Positions 1 through 7,437 of a DNA stretch of 12,491 bases are shown here, in pieces. The translations under genes were made by a program, and so were the position numbers. Source of the DNA: an uncultured archaeon (GTDB lineage: Archaea > Asgardarchaeota > Lokiarchaeia > Sigyniarchaeales > SOKP01); contig CAZBPC010000071.1 in the NCBI GenBank assembly GCA_964493715.1, positions 4,604 to 17,094 on the forward strand, read 5' to 3'. Below the pieces are notes generated by a model. It saw nothing but the letters and a program-made list of their open reading frames with translations. It had not been told where the DNA came from and searched no databases. The stretch's first letter is position 1, and every line of letters begins with the position of its first letter.

Positions 1-1065
1 TGAATTTAATTGTTTCCCCTCATTTTCAAAAAAGAACTCTACCATGGATAATTTCATCTTAAAATTCCTTATAATTTTTTTCACGTTTGGGTACTTTTTG
101 TAAGATTTTAGACTTTCCTTGGAGGTATCTTCATTTTCTAATGCATTAATCGCACAGTATGCGGCAGCTTCACCAGATACGATACTTGGATGTATTCCTT
201 CTCCACTAATGGGTGAAACAAATCCAGCTGCATCACCTATAATCATCAGATTGTCAGCATATAAAGATCTGTCAATAACACCAGAACCAGGCATGGGATA
301 AGCTCCACTCCAATGAGTTTTATAATTAGATCCAGAGAAAATTTTTTTAATAAAAGGGTCTTTAAAGAAATTAAAATGTACTTCACTTAAATTGTATTTT
401 GCATTGTCTTCATTACAAGTACCGCATCCAATATTGAATTTATTATCTTTCAATGGAAAAATCCAGCCATAGCCTTTATATTTTTGGAAAAAAAGGAAGA
501 TTTTTGACGCATCTAAAGATAATTCTCCTTCCATAATTGCGCATTTCGCTTGATATAGATCATTTATTTGCCATTTTTTCCTTATACCTGAATTATTTGC
601 TAATTTGGAACTCATGCCATCAGCAATAATTAGTATTTTGCCTAAAAAGTCTGTTGAATCAGATTTTGTTTTAGTCTTTATACCTATTTTATTACCATCC
701 TTATAGAGAAAATCGTAGGAAAGATGCTTATCAAATAATTCTGCTCCAGAATCGATCGCAACGTTTCTTATTACATTATTAAATTCTAACCTATCCACGT
801 TAATCGAAGATTCCCTAATATTTTGCCAAGAATATTCCAAATTGTCATAATCACTTGAATACATTGAAACGCCATTAATTTTATGATAATCAAGCTTTCT
901 TAATTGAGGATAATACTTAAAAATCCGTGAACTAACTCCTCCACCACAAGGTTTTCTCCAATTTGTATTTCTTTCAAGTAGGGCTACTTTAAACCCTGCT
1001 TTAGCTAAAACTTCCGCACTTTTACAACCTGCAGGACCCGCACCTGATATTACAACGTCAAACAT
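1..1065 (-). CDS. Geranylgeranyl reductase family FAD-dependent oxidoreductase (DGGGPL reductase-like); 3' end runs off the window
   Basis: Not in the ORF track (no stop in window). Hand translation from ATG at 1065..1063: MFDVVISGAGPAGCKSAEVLAKAGFKVALLERNTNWRKPCGGGVS... with Rossmann GxGxxG, KPCGGG, IIADG, GYGWIFP (YxWxFP GGR motif) and IGDAAGFVSPISGEGI. The frame stays open to position 1. AAGGT precedes the ATG. Confidence 0.9.
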   Translation of the reverse strand, partial: MFDVVISGAGPAGCKSAEVLAKAGFKVALLERNTNWRKPCGGGVSSRIFKYYPQLRKLDYHKINGVSMYSSDYDNLEYSWQNIRESSINVDRLEFNNVIRNVAIDSGAELFDKHLSYDFLYKDGNKIGIKTKTKSDSTDFLGKILIIADGMSSKLANNSGIRKKWQINDLYQAKCAIMEGELSLDASKIFLFFQKYKGYGWIFPLKDNKFNIGCGTCNEDNAKYNLSEVHFNFFKDPFIKKIFSGSNYKTHWSGAYPMPGSGVIDRSLYADNLMIIGDAAGFVSPISGEGIHPSIVSGEAAAYCAINALENEDTSKESLKSYKKYPNVKKIIRNFKMKLSMVEFFFENEGKQLNS

Positions 1066-1141
1066 ATTAGAACCTTTAAATAATGATAATATAATTCTTT
1101 CTTGGAAATTATTTAATTCTTTAGATTCTTATTTTAGAACT

Positions 1142-2350
1142 ATGAATAATCAAAGTGAAAAAGATTTCTACGACTTTATTATAGCGGGAGCAGGTCCAGC
1201 GGGATTATCAGCTGGTATCGTCGCCGCTAGGAAAGGACATTCAGTTATGATATTAGAACGAGGGAATGTTGCTGGTCCTAAGCCTCGTGGGGAAGGGATG
1301 GGCTATTTTCCAGTGGTTGATGAAATTTTAGGTGAAAATTTCCTACCATCAATCGGGATTAAGTCAAATGGTGGACGAGTTTGGCATTCACCAAATGACG
1401 AGCATAATTTGACCACGTTTAAAGACTATCCTCACTACTTCTTTGAATGGCGTAAATTTATTGATAGATTTGTTGAAGTTTCCAATCAAGAGGGAGTTCG
1501 AATGAAATTCAACTGTGAAGTCATTGATTCTATAGAAGATGATGGAGTCTGTAAGGGTGTGAGATATCAAACTAATGGAAAAGTCAATGAGATTCGTGGA
1601 AAGATAATATTGGATTGTAGTGGGTATGAAGGAGTAATTGGTAAGCAATTTGGAGTGCCATATGAACTAATGCGATGTCCAATAGTCAAATGTCTTATTA
1701 GTAAGGCAAATTACACGCTTGAAAATACTCCAGATTTAAATTTTTACTTTATCGGAAATGGCGATTTGGAATATGCTCCTCAATTCCCCCCTGCTGTTGC
1801 TTACTTTTTCCCCTTAGATGGAGACCGTGCAGAAGTAGGTCTTATGTTGAGGATGGCTCAGGTACCAAATATGAAAACTGTTAAGATTCCAAATAATAAT
1901 GAAATAATTAAAGCATGGCATAAGGTAAAATCATCTTATCCTGGATTTAACGAATACTTTAAAGGCGCTAATATTGATTATGAAGAGGTTACTAGTCTAC
2001 CTAATGCGAAAATGGCTGAAAAGTTTGTTCCTCATCCTGGAGTTGTAATAATAGGAGATAGTGCTGGTTTTATTAATCCTTTTGGATCCTCTGGGCTATA
2101 CTACTCGATGAAAATGGCAAAGTATTGGGTACAAATGCTTTCAGAAAAACTTGAAACTGTAGATTTATGGAACAAGCAAAGTATCGATGACTACCAAACA
2201 CGATTTGAGGAATCCGAGTTATACCAAGAAGTAAAGGGCATGTATGATTTAATAGGGGCCTTTGAATACAAGATTTTTAATAGGTTACGGACTTCTGAAA
2301 AAATTAATAAGAAGTGGGACTATATAGAGAATCTTTTAAAGCAAGCTTGA
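1142..2350 (+). CDS. NAD(P)/FAD-dependent oxidoreductase, geranylgeranyl reductase-like family (divergent active-site motifs)
   Basis: 402 aa ORF with DFIIAGAGPAG (FAD binding), ILDCSG and IIGDSAGFINPFGSSG (GD motif). The canonical KPCG and YxWxFP motifs appear as KPRG and AYFFP. Confidence 0.85.
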   Translation: MNNQSEKDFYDFIIAGAGPAGLSAGIVAARKGHSVMILERGNVAGPKPRGEGMGYFPVVDEILGENFLPSIGIKSNGGRVWHSPNDEHNLTTFKDYPHYFFEWRKFIDRFVEVSNQEGVRMKFNCEVIDSIEDDGVCKGVRYQTNGKVNEIRGKIILDCSGYEGVIGKQFGVPYELMRCPIVKCLISKANYTLENTPDLNFYFIGNGDLEYAPQFPPAVAYFFPLDGDRAEVGLMLRMAQVPNMKTVKIPNNNEIIKAWHKVKSSYPGFNEYFKGANIDYEEVTSLPNAKMAEKFVPHPGVVIIGDSAGFINPFGSSGLYYSMKMAKYWVQMLSEKLETVDLWNKQSIDDYQTRFEESELYQEVKGMYDLIGAFEYKIFNRLRTSEKINKKWDYIENLLKQA

Positions 2351-2360
2351 ACCTCATTCA

Positions 2361-2392
2361 ATCTTTTTTATATTTTATGACAACAAAAAATG
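2361..2392. terminator. Putative bidirectional oligo-T (archaeal-type) terminator region between convergent genes
   Basis: T6 tract at 2364..2369 on + just after the stop at 2350, and A6 at 2385..2390 (T6 on minus) just after the stop at 2396. No GC-rich hairpin. The AT-rich background weakens this call. Confidence 0.35.
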
Positions 2393-2395
2393 GGA

Positions 2396-3418
2396 TTAGC
2401 TCATTGATACTTTTATTTTGTTTATGTAACCTTTCCTTTTTCCGAAATTTACACCTAGTATTAAACCAAGAATTCCTGATATAACATCAACCAGTAGAGT
2501 AATTATAAGAGCCTCAGTCACTGTTAGATTGAACTTTTTTATGATAAATAGCCCAACAAACACTAAAACACCAGCAACTAATGGTATGGCAACTAATGAT
2601 ATAATTAAAAGTTTTAATGAGATACTTTTCTCCTTATTTGTTCGAAGCAAGAATAGATCTATTAAAACGTGCTTACTGCCAACACTCCACATCCATAAAA
2701 TTATTACAAGACTGGCTAAATAAATACCGATAGATAAATCGATAAAATAAATAGATCCATTAGCAATAACAGTTTCAGTATAGCTCTTAAGATTTATTAT
2801 AAAATTTAAACCCAACACAATTATTGTCCACGGAATTAAATATTGCCAAAAAAGATGTCTTGTATATGCACTGGGCGAATTAGAACTTGATTGTAAGTTC
2901 TTAAAAGCAGTCACAAATGAATCGAGGTCCTTTTTAAGATGGCGCTTTATGAGTACAGTATTTAAGATGAATGTGATAACAAAGGCAATTATAATTGCTA
3001 TTATATAATTAAGAAATTCTGGATTGATTAACCAAAAAACTAGCCATAATACAGATAAAGTCCCAATACTTAAAATGATTGCTTCAGGGGTTAATCTGCG
3101 CCAAGGACTTTTAAATTTTTCATTCTCGTTTACTGAATCTGACTCTTTTAATTTCCATTTTCCATTTATAAAGGCAATTTGAGAATCTTTTATTGCATTA
3201 TATGGAACTATTAATGAGATATAGGTAATATATAAAATAATGAACCCAAAATTTGTAATCAATAAGTTATGGGTATTCCCTTTTCCAATAAGAACGTAAT
3301 AAAGTAGACCAAATATAATAAGATTAATCAAGTTGGAGATAATATTTAATGCATTCACTTTTTTAATCCATTCTTGCATGCTTAATACTTCTTTAGCTTT
3401 TTTTCCTTTTTCATTCAT
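2396..3418 (-). CDS. Hypothetical integral membrane protein (~8 TM segments)
   Basis: 340 aa ORF with about eight hydrophobic stretches by eye, in two groups of four separated by a polar linker (KRHLKKDLDSFVTAFKNLQSSSNSPS). Starts 33 bp downstream of the GH29 stop on the same strand. No family recognised. Confidence 0.75.
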   Translation of the reverse strand: MNEKGKKAKEVLSMQEWIKKVNALNIISNLINLIIFGLLYYVLIGKGNTHNLLITNFGFIILYITYISLIVPYNAIKDSQIAFINGKWKLKESDSVNENEKFKSPWRRLTPEAIILSIGTLSVLWLVFWLINPEFLNYIIAIIIAFVITFILNTVLIKRHLKKDLDSFVTAFKNLQSSSNSPSAYTRHLFWQYLIPWTIIVLGLNFIINLKSYTETVIANGSIYFIDLSIGIYLASLVIILWMWSVGSKHVLIDLFLLRTNKEKSISLKLLIISLVAIPLVAGVLVFVGLFIIKKFNLTVTEALIITLLVDVISGILGLILGVNFGKRKGYINKIKVSMS

Positions 3419-3451
3419 CTTTTATTCTCAAACCTTTTTATATTATTTCAT

Positions 3452-4906
3452 TTAACTTGCGTTTCTTGGTTGGGGAGAAATCTTAAAACTATATGCGGGA
3501 GAAACTTCAATTTTTTCTGGAAGTATTATTTTTAGATTCATTCCTTCTTGATACCATTCTAGTTTACCATTATATCCTAATAAATGAATGGTGGTATTTT
3601 CGTTAACGATTATCGAATTGATAGTAATAATTGTATTTAGCTTATTTAATACTATTGCATAGAGAATATCATCTTTCTGTGTATAACGTAAATTTAAATC
3701 ATTCATTGTTTTCCCTTCTGCAATAATCCAAGGTCTTGTTCCAAATATGGCTTCTCCATTCACTTCAAGCCATTTTCCCAATCCAATTAATCTCTCCAAT
3801 TGAAGTCTGGGAATTGTCCCATCGACCATTGGTCCTACATTTAATAAAAGATTTCCATTTTTGCTTACAATATCTACAAACAGGTAAATTAATTCATCAA
3901 CCGATAAGTAATCGTTTTCAGTTTCAAATTTATTATATCCAAAAGAATTCCCAATTCCTCTACAAGTTTCCCACTTTTCTTCTAATATTTCTTTCGATTG
4001 AGTGTATTCGGGAGTTAAAAAATCATAATGTGGCGGTTTAAAGGCTATATTTTTTCCCTTTTTTAACATTCGTTTTCCGAACCAAGAAATTAAGGCTCCA
4101 GTTAATCTAGATTCAATCAATTTTCGAAAGGATGGAGAAGTTTGTATCCAACGATCATTTACAACTCCATCAGAGATTTTGTTATAAAAATACGAGAACA
4201 ATTCATTAATATTTGTATTTGGAGGATATCCCATATCACTCCATAAAATGGAAGGCTCATAATCATCAATTAATTCGCGCCAATGATTATTAACGTATTC
4301 TGTGTATTCAGGATCGGTAGGACCATTAGTTAAAAATGTTTTTATATTTGTAACAGGAATCTCATTAAAGGACCAATCCCAACAACTACTATAATAAAAA
4401 CCCATCTTTAAATCCCTACTTTTTATCGCCTTTGTGAGATCTCCTACAAGATTTCTCTTTGTCATATAATTTTTCTTTTTAGGATTAGGATATTTACTAT
4501 GCCATAAAAGAAATCCGTCACCGTGTTTTGTTGTAAAAACTACATATTTTGCACCTATTTCTTTAAATATATCTGCCCATTTCTCTGGATCCCATTTTTC
4601 AATTTCCTTATTAAATATTGGAACAAAATCATCGTATTTAAAATCATCACCATAAACTTCATTATGATATTTATAGGTAGGACTTTCTTTAATCCTTAAA
4701 GAATTTAAATACCATTCTGCATAAGGATTATTTATAAAATGCTGTACTGGACCTTTCTTCATAGAATTTACTAAATCTGTTCCTGTAACAGCAAATGCTG
4801 GAACTGAAAATAAACCTAAATGAATAAAGATTCCTAATTTAGCATCATGAAACCAATTAGGAACTTCATGTGTTTTTACTGATTTTAATTCAGGTGTGAA
4901 AGTCAA
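3452..4906 (-). CDS. Alpha-L-fucosidase, GH29 (Thermotoga AfcA-like), variant copy; TTG start
   Basis: 484 aa with WFHDAKLGIFIH, NPYAEWY, TKHGDGF, LWSDMG (nucleophile Asp), NDRW, DFLTPEY (acid/base Glu), WETCRGIGNSFGY, GNLLLNVGP and NGEAIFGTRPW. The N-terminus aligns with the ATG-started paralog. No signal peptide. Confidence 0.92.
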   Translation of the reverse strand: MTFTPELKSVKTHEVPNWFHDAKLGIFIHLGLFSVPAFAVTGTDLVNSMKKGPVQHFINNPYAEWYLNSLRIKESPTYKYHNEVYGDDFKYDDFVPIFNKEIEKWDPEKWADIFKEIGAKYVVFTTKHGDGFLLWHSKYPNPKKKNYMTKRNLVGDLTKAIKSRDLKMGFYYSSCWDWSFNEIPVTNIKTFLTNGPTDPEYTEYVNNHWRELIDDYEPSILWSDMGYPPNTNINELFSYFYNKISDGVVNDRWIQTSPSFRKLIESRLTGALISWFGKRMLKKGKNIAFKPPHYDFLTPEYTQSKEILEEKWETCRGIGNSFGYNKFETENDYLSVDELIYLFVDIVSKNGNLLLNVGPMVDGTIPRLQLERLIGLGKWLEVNGEAIFGTRPWIIAEGKTMNDLNLRYTQKDDILYAIVLNKLNTIITINSIIVNENTTIHLLGYNGKLEWYQEGMNLKIILPEKIEVSPAYSFKISPQPRNAS

Positions 4907-4913
4907 TTTTAAA

Positions 4914-4918
4914 TCCTC
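4914..4918 (-). promoter_or_regulatory. Shine-Dalgarno-like GAGGA upstream of the TTG start of the variant GH29
   Basis: Minus strand reads GAGGA-tttaaaa-TTG (7 nt spacer), which supports the TTG start. Confidence 0.55.
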
Positions 4919-5017
4919 ATTATTATCGCTTAATAGAGCAAGCTAAATTTTAGTAAAGCTTTTTGAAAATGAATATTAATTTAGTAATTAATTTTATTAA
5001 TTTTAGTGGAAAATTAT

Positions 5018-6052
5018 TTAATTTTGCTGCACAGACTTGAATAATGCATCAACATTAGCGGGGTTCACATCTGGGAGAATAGCTTCGTGACTAGGAGATA
5101 TTATCAATCCTGTTGGAAAAATGCGTTTTAATTCAAATACCTTTTCTCGGATTTGGTCAGGATTGCCAAAAACTAATAAATTCTGAGCATCAAGACCTCC
5201 ACAAAAAGAAATTTTATCTCCATAATTACTTTTTAAAGATTTAACATCCATTTTAGCAGCTAAAGCTTGTATAGGGTGAATAGCATCGATTCCCAAATTA
5301 ATTAAATCAGGGATAACATCAAATATTGAACCACAAGAATGATAAATGACTTTTAAACCATAACTTTTAGCTTGATCAATAATCTTTTTTGATCCTGGGA
5401 GGGCAAATTTTCTAATGTTTTCTGGAGAAACCATCAATCTCTTTTGTCCTCCGAAATCATTTCCAATAAGGACAGCATCTATTTTTCCCTTAGTTGCTTC
5501 GTAAAAAATTTTATTTGCCTTTAGATAAAATTCAACTATCTTTTCTGAAACAGCTTTTATTATTTCGGGATTCTTTAATATATTGATAAGAGCTCTCTCC
5601 ATCCCGAAAGCAGAATACACGTCTTGAAAATGTGCTGACCACATAATCCCCAACACCGGATATTCTTCTGGAACATCTTCAATACGCTGCTTGCATTCTT
5701 CTGAATCCATATAATTTGATGGGTCAGGCCACTCAAAATCGTCCACTTTAGAAGGATCAGAATAATCTTCAAAAAATCCAGGTGCTGTTAAAGTTCTTTT
5801 TGAATAATTAATTGTACCTTTTTTAGCAAAATCAAACGCACATGCGATGTGATTATTAGGAGGATAATTATAAGGAACCTCTACATGCCAAATGTCATCA
5901 TTAATTTTTAATTTTAAATCTACTAGATTCTTAACTTGAAAATACTTAAATAATCCTTCATAAGCTTCTTGAACTGGTATACCTAACCAACATGCGGGTC
6001 TATCTACAGATTTTCTCTCTAATGTAGCAAAAAATCTCTCTTTATGATTCAT
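5018..6052 (-). CDS. Uroporphyrinogen decarboxylase (URO-D)/MtaA-CmuA methyltransferase superfamily protein (not HemE)
   Basis: 344 aa with N-terminal MNHKERF...VDRP, GNDFGGQKRLMVSP, YHSCG (5330..5341), IHPIQ, FCGGLD and ISPSHE. Lacks the HemE MRQAGRY motif. Confidence 0.85.
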   Translation of the reverse strand: MNHKERFFATLERKSVDRPACWLGIPVQEAYEGLFKYFQVKNLVDLKLKINDDIWHVEVPYNYPPNNHIACAFDFAKKGTINYSKRTLTAPGFFEDYSDPSKVDDFEWPDPSNYMDSEECKQRIEDVPEEYPVLGIMWSAHFQDVYSAFGMERALINILKNPEIIKAVSEKIVEFYLKANKIFYEATKGKIDAVLIGNDFGGQKRLMVSPENIRKFALPGSKKIIDQAKSYGLKVIYHSCGSIFDVIPDLINLGIDAIHPIQALAAKMDVKSLKSNYGDKISFCGGLDAQNLLVFGNPDQIREKVFELKRIFPTGLIISPSHEAILPDVNPANVDALFKSVQQN

Positions 6053-6218
6053 CTATTTTTATATCACTTATGTGTGCTTAAAAGTCATCCAGAAATTAAT
6101 TTCATTAAAATAAAAGTTATTTTAAAACTTTCCTGCAATATTAAACATAAATATTAATTTAAGAAATCACGAATTAAATAAAAAAACATATGCAAAAAAA
6201 ATGGGATAGTTATTAAAA

Positions 6219-7406
6219 ATGAATGCTCGTGAAAGAGTTGTAAAGGCGATAAACCATGAAGAACCCGACATTATTCCGTCATATGAAGGTTCAATTGATA
6301 ATTTAAGCATTATTAATTATTATGACGAAAGATATGGGATGGATGGCTTAGCAAATCTTCAGAAGCTTTTGTACTTTTTAACCTTCGGTAACAATAATTT
6401 ATTAAATAAATTAATGCAATCTTTATCTCGAGGGAAAAAAGCAGCTAAAACAGCTGTAGAACCTGGAGTAAGACTATATAAAAAGATTGGTTTAGATCTT
6501 GTGCCTATTACTTTATGTATTCACCCATATAAATATTATAAAAATGGTTTTATAAGTGAATTTGGTCATCGTTTTGAATATAAGGAGAATCCTGCTGATA
6601 AAATGAATTTATTATATTATATGGGGGGATCCTTTGACAATTTTGAAGAATATGAAAAATTTCCTCTTCCAGATCCCGATGATCCATTAAGAGAAAACCT
6701 TTTTAAAGCAGCAGTGCAACTTGAAAAAGAGAATAAGGAAGAGATTTGTTGCGCTCCTGGGATAACTGGTATGATGGAAATGACTTGGGAAGGATTTGGT
6801 TTAGAAAGTTTCAGCAAACTTTTAACTAATAAAAAAAATGCTAAAAAAGTTTTTGACGATCGAGGTAAATTCTCTGTAGAGATGGTTAAACGCATAATTG
6901 AATGGGGCGGAACAGGACCAATGTTAATATTTGATGATTATGGATATAAAAAAGGGTTATTCATGAGCCCTCAAAATTATAGGGAATTTGTTATTCCATG
7001 GTTAAAAGAGATTTGTAAACAAGCACATAAAGGTGATTTACAAGTAATTCTGCATAGTTGTGGTGATATTTACCAAATTTTTGAGGATATTATTGAAGCT
7101 GGAGTCGATGCTGTTCATCCAATTGAACCGACTACTTCTAATCCTGAATATAATATTTTTAAACTCAATGAAAAATATGGCGATAAAATTACTTTCCTGG
7201 GAAATGTTTCACCTCAAGATCTTTCAGATAAAGACCCTCAAACTATCTTGGAATATGTTAAAAGCTTAATTAAGAATATTGCTCCAGGAGGTGGCTTTAT
7301 TCTAAGCTCTGGTCATAGTATTAATCCAGCAATTAAGTTAGAAAACTTTCTTGCAATGAGAGAAGCATTACAAAAATATGGGAAATATCCTATAGTAGTT
7401 AATTAA
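6219..7406 (+). CDS. Uroporphyrinogen decarboxylase (URO-D)/MtaA-CmuA methyltransferase superfamily protein (not HemE)
   Basis: 395 aa with MNARERVVKAINHEEPD, FDDYGYKKGLFMSP, LHSCG (7053..7064), VHPIE, FLGNV and GGGFILSSGHSI. Lacks the HemE MRQAGRY motif. Confidence 0.85.
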   Translation: MNARERVVKAINHEEPDIIPSYEGSIDNLSIINYYDERYGMDGLANLQKLLYFLTFGNNNLLNKLMQSLSRGKKAAKTAVEPGVRLYKKIGLDLVPITLCIHPYKYYKNGFISEFGHRFEYKENPADKMNLLYYMGGSFDNFEEYEKFPLPDPDDPLRENLFKAAVQLEKENKEEICCAPGITGMMEMTWEGFGLESFSKLLTNKKNAKKVFDDRGKFSVEMVKRIIEWGGTGPMLIFDDYGYKKGLFMSPQNYREFVIPWLKEICKQAHKGDLQVILHSCGDIYQIFEDIIEAGVDAVHPIEPTTSNPEYNIFKLNEKYGDKITFLGNVSPQDLSDKDPQTILEYVKSLIKNIAPGGGFILSSGHSINPAIKLENFLAMREALQKYGKYPIVVN

Positions 7407-7437
7407 AAAATAAAAATCTAATATATATAATTTTGAG

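Noticed and set aside
119-301. 60 aa plus-strand ORF
   Set aside because: Antisense shadow of the GGR-family gene at 1..1065 (minus).
1388-4041. Short ORFs at 1388..1648 (-), 2529..2723 (+) and 3736..4041 (+)
   Set aside because: Each lies fully antisense within a longer, well-supported CDS and has no recognisable motifs.
3452-4906. Variant GH29 as a pseudogene
   Set aside because: The ORF is full length and uninterrupted, the catalytic Asp and Glu are retained, and there is an SD-like sequence before the TTG start.
4970-5017. Repeated ATTAATTT-like motifs here and near 10690 and 12250
   Set aside because: Low-complexity AT-rich intergenic DNA with no regular spacing; not a CRISPR array or a credible shared operator.
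2385-6207. Repeated 12-mer AAAAAATGGGAT near 2385 and 6195
   Set aside because: Half of it is a homopolymer, and the contexts differ (convergent 3' ends versus a 5' leader). Probably chance.
5575-7269. Short ORFs at 5575..5772 (-), 6617..6895 (-) and 7060..7269 (+)
   Set aside because: Alternative-frame or antisense ORFs nested in the URO-D-family genes, with no independent evidence of coding.
5018-7406. Calling either URO-D-family gene hemE or mtaA
   Set aside because: There is no HemE MRQAGRY motif and no tetrapyrrole gene context. The C-terminal Cys ligand of MtaA is replaced by His, so a specific symbol is not justified.
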